Shown: positions 7,648-16,625, counted from the stretch's first letter. The stretch: 32,000 nt of DNA from Halomicronema hongdechloris C2206 (GCF_002075285.3 NZ_CP021983.2:180001-212000); one strand, 5' to 3'. The notes: generated from the letters alone by a model not told the origin. Made by a program: numbers and translations.

Positions 7648-8031
7648 CTAGCCTGCCGATAGGCCAAAAGCCCCTAGGATCCAAGACAGAATAGAATTGA
7701 CAATGCTCAGAGCAATTGCCCCCATAACGGCACTCCAAATGCCCTTACGTAGACGGAAGCCTTCCACTAACAGTGCCGATAGGCCAAAGACGATCACATT
7801 GAGGATCAAGTACAACAACCAAGACAATCCCAACGTAAACAGGGCCAGCAGTGGATTGTTCAAGAAGCCCAAGATACTCAGCAATCCATTCAGCACCCCA
7901 AAAACAATCCCTGCCATCAGGGCCTTGCCAAAGGTATCCACCTCTACCCCGAGGAAGGGGATTCGAGCGATGATCAGCAACGCGATGGCAGTGATGATGG
8001 CCGATAATAGAAACGAGATTAGAAAATCCAT
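7648..8031 (-). CDS. DUF360 / phage-holin-4_2 family small membrane protein (4 predicted TM helices)
   Basis: This is a 127-aa, very hydrophobic protein: MDFLISFLLSAIITAIALLIIARIPFLGVEVDTFGKALMAGIVFGVLNGLL...LVEGFRLRKGIWSAVMGAIALSIVNSIL. The layout matches the widespread DUF360 family from memory. Confidence 0.7.
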   Translation of the reverse strand: MDFLISFLLSAIITAIALLIIARIPFLGVEVDTFGKALMAGIVFGVLNGLLSILGFLNNPLLALFTLGLSWLLYLILNVIVFGLSALLVEGFRLRKGIWSAVMGAIALSIVNSILSWILGAFGLSAG

Positions 8032-8159
8032 AGTTCGATATCACCTCCCAATAATCCATGGGATGACTATCGCAGTTGCCAGGGAGACCGTCAACGTCAA
8101 CGGAACCGGTGAGACTTCCTGGGCGGCTAACTCAGCCCCTAGCAGCCATTGCCGTCTGC

Positions 8160-9446
8160 CTAGATCGCTGTCAGGTGGGAGAGATCTAGGCAGCCAAAAT
8201 TTAGGCTCAGGGCAATGTTGAGATTCTCCAACATCTTCACCAGCCAAGTCACTGTATCTCTGGCTGTGCTCTCGTAGTGACTAAACAGAATCGAAAACCG
8301 GCGTTCCAGGTAGGGTTTAACTCGGCGGCAAATCAGTAGCAGTCGCAGCAGCAGTCCTGTAGTCAGGCTAGGACCAACATTGTTAATCAAGTCCACAAAC
8401 AAGTAATGCTGAGGATTCTGAGCCGAATCCACTACTAGAAAATTAAACAGCTGACTACAGGTGCGCACCATCAGAAAGTCATTCAGCGGCTGCCCGTGAT
8501 GTTCTGGCGATAGCGCAGCCAGATAATCTGCAAGCAACTGGTTAAACATACGATTGCCGTAGGCGGGATCGATGCCAGCCGTCAGGTACCCGTGCAGGGC
8601 CTGTTTAAAGTCTTGATAAGAGGCCGAACGACAATTTTGAGCTAAAAAGCGGCGGGCCCCATCGCGATAACTGCTCCCATCTCCCCTGTGCTCTGAGAAT
8701 AACCGCAATGAGGTCACCAGTTCTCGATCATTGAGCAGAGTAGGATTCTCAATCGGGCGCAGACAGTCAGCAATATCGTTCACCCCTTGGCGCTGCAGCC
8801 GAGCCTGTCGCACGCGATAGGTCAGATAATGAGATAGATCAACCTCGAATTTATGCTGAGCCGTCGCCTGAATTGAACGCACCGTCTGTTGGTGCTCAGG
8901 GGTGCTGTCTTCACTGACGAGACAATGCTCGTAGAGATAGGGGTAACGATCAATCAGGGTTCCCAAAGGACGAGACCCAAGCAGCTCCCGCCGCTGATCC
9001 CGACCAATGATCACGTGCGCTAACCGCCGCAATGTCAGATATTGCTCAGTGGCCCTAAAATCAGCAACCAACTGGCGCAGTCGTCGAACAGAGCGTCCCC
9101 TAGACAGTTCTGTGATTGCTCCCGTAGGCCCAGCCTCTAGACAATCTATTAGGGTGGGAATCGCTGACTTTAACTGTAGATGGCTCTGCCAACGGTTAAT
9201 CAGGATATGACAGCAACGGTTCAGAATGTAGCGAAAATAATGCTCGATGTCCTTAGCCGCCAGAATATCGTCTAAGACCTCTACAATTTGGCGATTGGGA
9301 TAACCTACCCCCTCAATGAAGAGCACTCGAAAACGCTCGACAACGTGTTCTGGAGGTTCCAACTCCACGCAGAGGAGCAAATGATCATACAAATGCTGCT
9401 CCTGAGGGGTGGTAATTCGGTTGTGATAACTGGTCCAGGTGTTCAC
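8160..9446 (-). CDS. Hypothetical protein, 428 aa, predicted all-alpha; no motif recognised
   Basis: A long uninterrupted ORF with normal amino-acid composition and a GTG start at 9446. I could find no catalytic or nucleotide-binding motif by eye. Confidence 0.7.
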   Translation of the reverse strand: MNTWTSYHNRITTPQEQHLYDHLLLCVELEPPEHVVERFRVLFIEGVGYPNRQIVEVLDDILAAKDIEHYFRYILNRCCHILINRWQSHLQLKSAIPTLIDCLEAGPTGAITELSRGRSVRRLRQLVADFRATEQYLTLRRLAHVIIGRDQRRELLGSRPLGTLIDRYPYLYEHCLVSEDSTPEHQQTVRSIQATAQHKFEVDLSHYLTYRVRQARLQRQGVNDIADCLRPIENPTLLNDRELVTSLRLFSEHRGDGSSYRDGARRFLAQNCRSASYQDFKQALHGYLTAGIDPAYGNRMFNQLLADYLAALSPEHHGQPLNDFLMVRTCSQLFNFLVVDSAQNPQHYLFVDLINNVGPSLTTGLLLRLLLICRRVKPYLERRFSILFSHYESTARDTVTWLVKMLENLNIALSLNFGCLDLSHLTAI

Positions 9447-9982
9447 AGTCAGTATTCACCCTTTGCCCCCCGTTATGTCGGAGGAATTGATAGTTATTTA
9501 TCACATCCTGATGGCAGCTCTAGTTCCGTGTAGTACGTATCCTGCCGCCTACTTACGATCATTAAGTAAGCCAATGATCAAAAGCGTCAGTTTTTACACC
9601 GAATTAGCTTGATGATTATCTCTAGCCTAATACGTACATATGCTGAAACAGCCTGGATACAAAGGATACAACCATCAAGATTAGGTAAAAATCGAGATAT
9701 TACCATCAAGTGGCAGTTAAGGCTGTTCCCTAGGCAGCCACTCATACTAAGCGTTTTCAAGCGTTACAGGAATTTCCCCAGCTAAAAATCCATTAATATT
9801 TCACAATACTCCCCTAAAAATGTAAATCACCTCTCCCGATCATTGGCTAGGTCAGCATTTGGTACTTTCAGGTAGGTTATGCAACCTTGTGTCGTTGTCT
9901 CCGAGTAGCAAGCGAGACGGTCCTCCCCAGGACTCCTCTGCCAGCCTAGGCCGAGACACGGTTTAATAGAGAGCGTCCTGTC

Positions 9983-11371
9983 TTGAAAAACCTTATGGGG
10001 TTTCGTGCCACACTAGAGCAGATTCTACAGATCACTGCCGCCATCCTGAGGGAAGATGCTGGGAATCTAGATGAGACTTGGCTGTCACACATTTCGACAG
10101 ACAGCCGTGATTTACCGGAAGGCTCCCTATTCATAGCATTATCGGGAGATCGGTTTGACGGCCACGACTTTGTCTCCCAAGCCTTGGCCCAAGGGGCGGT
10201 TGCCGCCATGGTCCATAAGCCGATTGATGGTGCGGTAACGGGGCCACTATTATCTGTGCCAGATACGCTTCAGGCCTATCAGGCCCTGGGTCGCTGGTGG
10301 CGACAACAGCTAGGACTGCCCCTAGTGGCGATTACGGGATCTGTTGGCAAGACCACGACCAAAGAATTGCTCGCGGCGGTTCTCAGTCACTATGGCCCGG
10401 TTCTCAAGAGTGAAGCCAACCATAACAACGAGATTGGGGTGCCAAAAACGCTATTAAACCTGACGAGTGCCCACGCCTATGGGGTGGTAGAGATGGGCAT
10501 GCGGGGTCCTGGCGAAATTGCGCTTTTGAGCCAAATTGCGCAACCAGATATTGCGGTGATTACTAATGTGGGAACTGCCCATATTGGTCGCCTGGGGTCA
10601 GAGCAAGCCATTGCTGAGGCTAAGTGCGAGCTGTTGGCTACGCTCCGTCCCGAGGGCACAGCCATTCTCAACCATGACAACGCTCGACTGATGCGAACTG
10701 CCGCTAGGGTTTGGTCAGGTCGCAGCCTCACCTTTGGCCTAGAAGGGGGAGATGTGCAGGGCCACTTTCAGTCCCCGGATCAGGTGTTTGTAGACGGGGT
10801 AAGATTACCTCTGCCTCTACCAGGGCGACACAATGCCTTAAACTATCTGGCCGCTATTGCCGTACTCCAGGCCCTGGAGCTAGATTGGCGATTTTTGACT
10901 GCAGGCATCTCGTTACAACTTCCCAGTGGCCGTGCTCGCCGGGTAAATTTGTCCTCTGATGTGGTCATTCTGGATGAGACCTATAACGCTGGGGTCGAAT
11001 CGATGTCAGCTGCTCTAAGGCTATTGGCAGATACCCCAGGTCAGCGACGCATTGCGGTACTGGGTACCATGAAGGAATTGGGAGAGTATAGTCTTGTCCT
11101 ACACCACGATGTGGGCAAGGCTGTCTATCAATTGGGGATCGATCGATTGCTGATTTTGGCCGATCCGGCTGAAGCGGAAGCCATGGCAGTCGGTGCCCTA
11201 CCTTTGCAAGCCGAGTGCTTCGATCAAGCCGAGGCCTTGACCCGACGACTAATGGAGATAATCCAGCCGGGAGATCGGCTGCTGTTTAAAGCCTCTCGGG
11301 CCGTGGCCCTAGATCGAGTGATAGATCAGCTGGGCCATAGTGACACTGATATGAGTCTAAGGCAAAGATAA
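9983..11371 (+). CDS. murF: UDP-N-acetylmuramoyl-tripeptide--D-alanyl-D-alanine ligase MurF
   Basis: Mur ligase P-loop ITGSVGKTTTKELL, then HNNEIGVP, ITNVGTAHIG and ILDETYNA. The ORF opens at a TTG at 9983, and an in-frame ATG at 9995 is an alternative start. Confidence 0.93.
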   Translation: MKNLMGFRATLEQILQITAAILREDAGNLDETWLSHISTDSRDLPEGSLFIALSGDRFDGHDFVSQALAQGAVAAMVHKPIDGAVTGPLLSVPDTLQAYQALGRWWRQQLGLPLVAITGSVGKTTTKELLAAVLSHYGPVLKSEANHNNEIGVPKTLLNLTSAHAYGVVEMGMRGPGEIALLSQIAQPDIAVITNVGTAHIGRLGSEQAIAEAKCELLATLRPEGTAILNHDNARLMRTAARVWSGRSLTFGLEGGDVQGHFQSPDQVFVDGVRLPLPLPGRHNALNYLAAIAVLQALELDWRFLTAGISLQLPSGRARRVNLSSDVVILDETYNAGVESMSAALRLLADTPGQRRIAVLGTMKELGEYSLVLHHDVGKAVYQLGIDRLLILADPAEAEAMAVGALPLQAECFDQAEALTRRLMEIIQPGDRLLFKASRAVALDRVIDQLGHSDTDMSLRQR

Positions 11372-11710
11372 CTGAGCACCTCCTGGCAGACAGTGACCGA
11401 CCATTCCGAACTCTCCGACTTCTTAGCCTTCCACCCAATGACTAGTCTCTGACCTAGGGCGCTATCTACTAGCTTTCTACCCAGTGGCCCAGATGGATTA
11501 CTTTGTCCTAGAGACCCCGCAAGGCGGAACTGGAATAGGGTTTAGAATGGGGAATGGCTATGTCATGCTCAGTTTGGGAACTGCCGTTTCCCTTGGGGCA
11601 AGCTACTGGGTCTGACCTGAGATGCGGTTTGTTGCCGCAGCCCTAGCTGTCTGCCCCAGCATTTGAGAGGCCTCTCTTGACTGGAATACTTACCTCCCTG
11701 GATTTGTCCT

Positions 11711-12205
11711 ATGACCCTAGTGCTGACGGCTGACCATCTGCATCAGATGCGATCCCATGGTGAACGCATGTACCCAGAGGAGTGCTGCGGTATTCTGGTG
11801 GGACAACTGTTGCCGGATGCTGGCCAGCGGCAATTGCTGGAGCTACACCCGGCTGATAATGACTGGCGACCCGATGTTGATGTAGACGATGGCAATCCCT
11901 CAGGGGCTCAGGGGGAATCGCAGCACCTAAGCCGGACTCGGCGCTATTGGATCGATCCACGGCGCTTGTTACAGATTCAGCGGTATGCACGCGATCGCAA
12001 CCTTGCTATCATTGGTATCTATCATTCCCATCCTGATCACGATGCCGTTCCGTCTGAGTGCGATCGCACCCTGGCCTGGCCAGATTACTCCTATGTAATC
12101 GTGTCAGTACACCGAGGGCAGGCGGTTGATGTTCGGAGCTGGCAACTCGATGAGACCCATCACTTTCAACCTGACCCCCTGCAAATGCTGTCTATCGCCC
12201 CTTAG
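11711..12205 (+). CDS. JAMM/MPN+ (Mov34/PAD-1) zinc metalloprotease, Mec-like
   Basis: The JAMM motif is complete: the Glu in YPEECCGILVG, then HSHPDHDAVPSECD, which fits H-x-H-x7-S-x2-D. Confidence 0.88.
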   Translation: MTLVLTADHLHQMRSHGERMYPEECCGILVGQLLPDAGQRQLLELHPADNDWRPDVDVDDGNPSGAQGESQHLSRTRRYWIDPRRLLQIQRYARDRNLAIIGIYHSHPDHDAVPSECDRTLAWPDYSYVIVSVHRGQAVDVRSWQLDETHHFQPDPLQMLSIAP

Positions 12206-12303
12206 GATATGGCGAATTCTATGGCCACTCTTCCAGGCTATGGCCTGAGTTAATGGAGTTGGCCCTACCCTAAGCCCTAATTCTCCATCCCCTCTGGATT
12301 ACC

Positions 12304-13476
12304 ATGCTGAACCCGAATCTCGATACGATTCAACTGACTAAAGACGACTACACTCGGTACTCGCGCCACATCATTCTGCCCGAAATTGGTCTCGACGGGC
12401 AGAAAAGACTAAAGGCCGCCAGCGTCTTATGTATCGGCACTGGCGGCCTAGGGTCTCCCTTATTGCTCTATCTAGCCGCCGCTGGTATCGGCCGCATCGG
12501 CATTGTTGATTTTGACGTCGTCGACCATTCCAATCTGCAGCGACAGGTTATCCACGGCACTTCCTGGGTGGGCAAGCCCAAGATTGAATCGGCCCAGGCC
12601 CGCATTTTAGAGATCAACCCCTACTGTCAGGTCGATCTATACGACACTCGACTCTCCTCGGCCAATGCCCTCGATATCATAGCCCCCTATGATGTCGTGG
12701 TCGATGGCACCGACAACTTTCCCACCCGCTATCTAGTCAACGATGCCTGCGTCCTCTTAAACAAGCCGAATGTTTACGGGTCTATCTTCCGCTTCGAAGG
12801 GCAGGCCACTGTCTTCAACTACGAAGGTGGACCTAACTACCGTGACCTCTACCCGGAACCCCCACCGCCGGGCTTGGTTCCCTCCTGTGCCGAGGGGGGC
12901 GTACTGGGTATTTTGCCGGGCATCATCGGCGTGATTCAAGCCACAGAAACCGTCAAAATCATCGTGGGACAAGGCACCACTCTCAGTGGTCGGCTATTAC
13001 TCTACAACTCCCTGGATATGACTTTCCGGGAATTGAAGCTACGTCCTAACCCTGAACGCCCAGTCATCGAGACGTTGATTGACTATGAGGAGTTCTGTGG
13101 CATTCCTCAGGCGAAACAACAGGAAGCCCAGGAGCAATCTGCCATGGCTGAAATGACGGTGCAGGAACTAAAGCAACTGCTGGATAGCAACCAGGACGAC
13201 TACTTGTTGATCGATGTTCGTAATCCCAACGAATATGAAATTGCTAACATTCCTGGTGCGGTCTTAGTGCCTTTACCAGATATCGAAAATGGTGAGGGGA
13301 TTCATCGGGTCAAAGAACTGCTCAACGGGCATCGCCTCATCGCCCATTGCAAGATGGGTGGGCGCTCTGCCAAAGCCCTGTCGATTCTGAAAGACGCTGG
13401 TATCACTGGTACCAATGTCAAAGGGGGGATCACAGCTTGGAGTCGTGAAGTGGATGCCTCAGTTCCCGAATATTAA
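12304..13476 (+). CDS. moeB: MoeB/ThiF-type E1-like adenylyltransferase fused to a C-terminal rhodanese domain (MoeZ-type)
   Basis: YSRHIILPEIGLDGQKRL, the nucleotide-binding loop CIGTGGLGSPLLLYLAAAGIG, DFDVVDHSNLQRQ, SCAEGGVLG, and a C-terminal rhodanese with the active-site loop HCKMGGRS. Confidence 0.92.
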   Translation: MLNPNLDTIQLTKDDYTRYSRHIILPEIGLDGQKRLKAASVLCIGTGGLGSPLLLYLAAAGIGRIGIVDFDVVDHSNLQRQVIHGTSWVGKPKIESAQARILEINPYCQVDLYDTRLSSANALDIIAPYDVVVDGTDNFPTRYLVNDACVLLNKPNVYGSIFRFEGQATVFNYEGGPNYRDLYPEPPPPGLVPSCAEGGVLGILPGIIGVIQATETVKIIVGQGTTLSGRLLLYNSLDMTFRELKLRPNPERPVIETLIDYEEFCGIPQAKQQEAQEQSAMAEMTVQELKQLLDSNQDDYLLIDVRNPNEYEIANIPGAVLVPLPDIENGEGIHRVKELLNGHRLIAHCKMGGRSAKALSILKDAGITGTNVKGGITAWSREVDASVPEY

Positions 13477-13481
13477 GGCCT

Positions 13482-14069
13482 ATGATGCTCCGCAACTTTA
13501 GCCAATGGGGACTGCTGACTCTGTCATTCTGGCTTGGCGGGGCAGGCATCGCTCAAGCTCTGCCAGGCCAACCAGTGGAGGTGGTGAAAGCCTGGATTCA
13601 GGCCAACCCAACCCTGCGCCCGAACCGGCCAGATACATTAGTGGTACATCGTACCGATACACCGGCGCGGCGGTTTACGTTTCGAGCCTCGGTTTTTCCC
13701 ATCGGCAACCTAACGCCAGAGGTAGACCTGAGCCATATTCGTACTGAGCGATTTGATCTATTTGATCTGGCCAATGGTGTGGATGTGGAGCGGCTAGAAG
13801 AGTCCCTGCGGGCAATTTATGGCCCAGATATCTACGCCGACTACCAGCTCGCAGAACCCCTGTATCGCTATCCTAATGTTGAGTCGTCGGCAACGGCTAA
13901 TCCTGCCGTGATGGTAGAAGGAGAGGTGCGGATAGGGGAACGATTTGCCTACTGGCTAGAGTTAAACTCTGATGCCCAAGGCGTCACCCGGGGACGCATG
14001 ACAATCCTGACTAAGGCTGACCTACCGCGACTGTGGCCTATCTTAGGGGTGGAAGACGAGACATTCTGA
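13482..14069 (+). CDS. Hypothetical secreted protein (signal peptide, cleavage probably after AQA)
   Basis: The N-terminus MMLRNFSQWGLLTLSFWLGGAGIAQA/LPGQP is a classic Sec signal. The start lies 5 nt after the moeB-like stop. No family is recognised. Confidence 0.6.
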   Translation: MMLRNFSQWGLLTLSFWLGGAGIAQALPGQPVEVVKAWIQANPTLRPNRPDTLVVHRTDTPARRFTFRASVFPIGNLTPEVDLSHIRTERFDLFDLANGVDVERLEESLRAIYGPDIYADYQLAEPLYRYPNVESSATANPAVMVEGEVRIGERFAYWLELNSDAQGVTRGRMTILTKADLPRLWPILGVEDETF

Positions 14070-14155
14070 CGCTAGCTTTCCAAGCAGAGACGGGGTTCGC
14101 TATTCTGAGGCCATGACCGCCCCGACGTTCCTGGCTAACCATAGGGAGAGCATCC

Positions 14156-15463
14156 ATGGCGATAACGCTTCTGCACCTATCCGACATTCATATGGGTAGT
14201 GGGTCTAGCCATGGGCGAGTGAATCCAGTCACTGGTCTTAATTCACGTCTCGAAGATTTTACCCAAACCCTAGCTCGCTGCATTGATCGAGCAGTCGAGG
14301 AATCGGTGGATTTGGTCTTGTTTAGTGGGGACGCCTTTCCGGATGCGACCCCGCCGCCGGTGGTGCAGCAGGCCTTCGCCAAGCAATTTCGGCGCTTAGT
14401 GGATGCGCAGATTCCGACGGTGTTGCTGGTGGGCAACCACGATCAACATTCCCAGGGCCAAGGAGGAGCTAGTCTCTGTATTTACCGGACTCTGGGGGTG
14501 CCCGGCTTTATTGTCGGCGATCGCTTAGACACCCATGCCATTGAGACTCACCAGGGGCCGGTGCAGGTGGTGACGCTACCCTGGCTCACCCGCTCTGCCC
14601 TATTAACCCGCCCGGAAATGGAGGGATTGTCCATGGCAGAGGTCCATCGGCAGCTCATAGAGCGCCTGCGGGTAGCTCTAGAAGGGGAAGTGCGTCGTCT
14701 CGATCCCAAGGTACCATCAATATTACTGGCCCACGCCATGGTTGATACGGCTCAGTACGGGGCTGAGCGCTTTCTGGCGGCGGGGCGTAGCTTCACCATC
14801 CCGATGGGGTTGCTAGCGCGCCCTTGCTTTGATTACATCGCTCTTGGCCATGTGCATAAACATCAAATTCTGAGCCAGCAACCTTTAATGCTCTACCCCG
14901 GCAGCATCGAACGGGTAGATTTTAGCGAAGAGCAAGAAGAGAAAGGTTATGTCTTGGTTTCCCTTGAGAAGGGTCAAGCCCAAGCTCAATTTTGCCCTCT
15001 GCCAGTGCGCCCTTTTCGGACCTTGAAGATCGATGTGTCTGATAGCGACAATCCCCAAGCGGATTTGCTGGAGGCGATTGTGGTGGCGGACTTAGAGCAA
15101 GCGATAGTGCGATTGAATGTGCGCTTGCGGCCAGACCAACTCGATCAGCTCGATACCAATGCCCTCGAGCAGGCCCTACATCATGCCCACAGTTACAGCC
15201 TAAATCCGCTATTGGTCAGTCAGTTATCTCGCCCTCGACTGCCAGAGCTGGCGGCTGACGATCAGCGAGAACCCATTGCTGCCTTGAAGGCCTATGTAGC
15301 CCATCAGCAGGACTTGTCAGAGATCGCCGATGACATGATTGAGGCTGCCCAAGCCTTACTCGCCGGTGAGGTCATACCTAGGCCGACGACTGATAGGAGT
15401 ATGGCAGAGGAGCCTGGAGCAGAGGACCCCCCAGAGCCTTCCCGGCAATTGCGACTGTTGTGA
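14156..15463 (+). CDS. sbcD: SbcD/Mre11-family metallophosphoesterase nuclease
   Basis: Calcineurin-like phosphoesterase motifs appear in order: LHLSDIHMG, FSGDAFPD, VGNHD, LLAHA, GHVHKHQ. The Shine-Dalgarno sequence AGGGAGAG lies just upstream of the ATG. Confidence 0.85.
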   Translation: MAITLLHLSDIHMGSGSSHGRVNPVTGLNSRLEDFTQTLARCIDRAVEESVDLVLFSGDAFPDATPPPVVQQAFAKQFRRLVDAQIPTVLLVGNHDQHSQGQGGASLCIYRTLGVPGFIVGDRLDTHAIETHQGPVQVVTLPWLTRSALLTRPEMEGLSMAEVHRQLIERLRVALEGEVRRLDPKVPSILLAHAMVDTAQYGAERFLAAGRSFTIPMGLLARPCFDYIALGHVHKHQILSQQPLMLYPGSIERVDFSEEQEEKGYVLVSLEKGQAQAQFCPLPVRPFRTLKIDVSDSDNPQADLLEAIVVADLEQAIVRLNVRLRPDQLDQLDTNALEQALHHAHSYSLNPLLVSQLSRPRLPELAADDQREPIAALKAYVAHQQDLSEIADDMIEAAQALLAGEVIPRPTTDRSMAEEPGAEDPPEPSRQLRLL

Positions 15464-15488
15464 TGTCTATGGAGTCGTCATCGCGATT

Positions 15489-16562
15489 ATGTTTGAGCAG
15501 GTGGTTGCAGCCCTAGAGGTGGGAGACCTGATTCGAGCACAGCAGTTGCTGAGTCGATGGCGTCAGCAGTCATCCCGAGATCCCTGGCAATGGCTAGCGC
15601 TCGGGCGTTACCAGGAAGCTAACCAGCAGTGGGCATCGGCAGAAACCACCTACCGGCGGCTATTGCAATGGGCGCAGCAACCACGCCTAGTAGCTCAAGT
15701 TCGCCAGGGGTTAGAGCGGGTGCAACGGGCTGTGGCGGAGAAGCAACAACAGGCCCTAGAACAGGCTCGCCAACAACCCGGCAGCCATGAGGCAGCCTTG
15801 TTGGTATTAGAACCGAGTCAAGGAGATGCTCGGCAAGCCGCCATTGCCGGATTGGCCCAGGTGATGCAGTTAGATGCCTATTCGGCCGGATTGCGTCTAT
15901 CTAATCAAGCGTGGCGGATTTTTCGAGTCGGTTCGGCTGGAGACATGTTGTACTACAGTCAAGCTCTACAGCAGCAGCAGACTCCGGCCTTTGTTATCCG
16001 GCTGACGGATATTCAAGCGGTTCAGGTATTCCGCGTGAACTACTGGCAGGCCCTGTCTCCGAGGGCAACCGTTGTCTGTCAGAATACCGCCCAGCAACTG
16101 GGGCAGATCACCTTTGACTGGACTGAGGTTCAACAACAGGTGATTGGCTTACTGCCTGTCTATGAGTCGGTGGTAGATTTGGATCCACGGGGCCGACTGC
16201 GACGCAAACAGTCTACCCAGGATTATGCTGAGGTGATTGATCTGCATCTCTATCATCGGCGCTGCGTGCTGCGAGTGTGCGATCGCACCTACCAATTTCG
16301 TCGTGGCACTGACACCCCTGCCACAGCCCTACCAGAGCTGACCACCAGTCGAATGCAGTGGAACCAACTGCGGCAAGAACTCACCCAGCGGATTACTGGT
16401 CCCTGCTGGAATGATTTTGCCAAATTTGGTGATAGTGCCCTGGAATATTTAGACTTACTACCAAAGTTCAACCCAAACCTGCATATACCGGGAGCCCGCA
16501 ACGATTCCTGGAGTGCTGCCTTTCATCTCTACAGTAGTCTTCACTTCCTGCGCCACCGCTAG
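15489..16562 (+). CDS. Hypothetical protein (~357 aa) with an N-terminal TPR-like/Q-rich helical region and an unrecognised C-terminal domain
   Basis: The first ATG after the sbcD stop is at 15489 (MFEQVVAALEVGDLIRAQQLL...). The longer ORF from 15339 would overlap sbcD by 125 nt. There is no Walker A motif, so this is not SbcC. Confidence 0.65.
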   Translation: MFEQVVAALEVGDLIRAQQLLSRWRQQSSRDPWQWLALGRYQEANQQWASAETTYRRLLQWAQQPRLVAQVRQGLERVQRAVAEKQQQALEQARQQPGSHEAALLVLEPSQGDARQAAIAGLAQVMQLDAYSAGLRLSNQAWRIFRVGSAGDMLYYSQALQQQQTPAFVIRLTDIQAVQVFRVNYWQALSPRATVVCQNTAQQLGQITFDWTEVQQQVIGLLPVYESVVDLDPRGRLRRKQSTQDYAEVIDLHLYHRRCVLRVCDRTYQFRRGTDTPATALPELTTSRMQWNQLRQELTQRITGPCWNDFAKFGDSALEYLDLLPKFNPNLHIPGARNDSWSAAFHLYSSLHFLRHR

Positions 16563-16596
16563 CCATAGCGAGAGAAGATTTACATAAAACGCCCTA

Positions 16597-16625
16597 ACAA
16601 AAAGCGCCTGGAATATCCAGACGCC
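16597..16625 (-). terminator. Candidate intrinsic terminator for the 16676-17155 gene
   Basis: On the minus strand the sequence reads gcgtctgg-atatt-ccaggcgc (7 of 8 stem pairs) followed by TTTTTGTT. It lies 50 nt downstream of the stop codon. Confidence 0.5.

Noticed and set aside
7113-8221. Long plus-strand ORFs 7113-7580 and 7697-8221 from the ORF track
   Set aside because: They are antisense shadows of the GNAT and DUF360 genes. Their translations are low-complexity and R/P/S-rich with no motifs. The same applies to 2262-2486, 2431-2658, 4773-5063, 5291-5612, 10477-10731, 18330-18616, 19017-19262, 19536-19910, 23615-24116, 25666-26115, 26013-26372, 27376-27834 and 29127-29419.
5148-9982. 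Genomic island integrated at tRNA-Arg (tRNA followed by MFS, DUF1643, GNAT, holin-like, unknown gene and an AT-rich edge)
   Set aside because: There is no integrase, recombinase or transposase. I could not find a direct repeat of the tRNA 3' end at the far boundary. The genes contain HIP1 sites (6965, 7195) and look compositionally native. The idea is kept only as a weak note on HIP1 density.
11493-11615. 40-aa Gly-rich small ORF (MDYFVLETPQGGTGIGFRMGNGYVMLSLGTAVSLGASYWV) upstream of the JAMM gene, considered as the missing ubiquitin-like carrier
   Set aside because: It is too short for a beta-grasp fold, does not end in GG, and has no obvious Shine-Dalgarno sequence. It is most likely fortuitous.
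15339-15488. N-terminal extension of the 357-aa protein, overlapping sbcD by 125 nt
   Set aside because: The extension translates to unnatural sequence (MRLPKPYSPVRSYLGRRLIGVWQRS...CDCCDVYG) in the shadow of the sbcD C-terminus. The ATG at 15489 gives a clean start.
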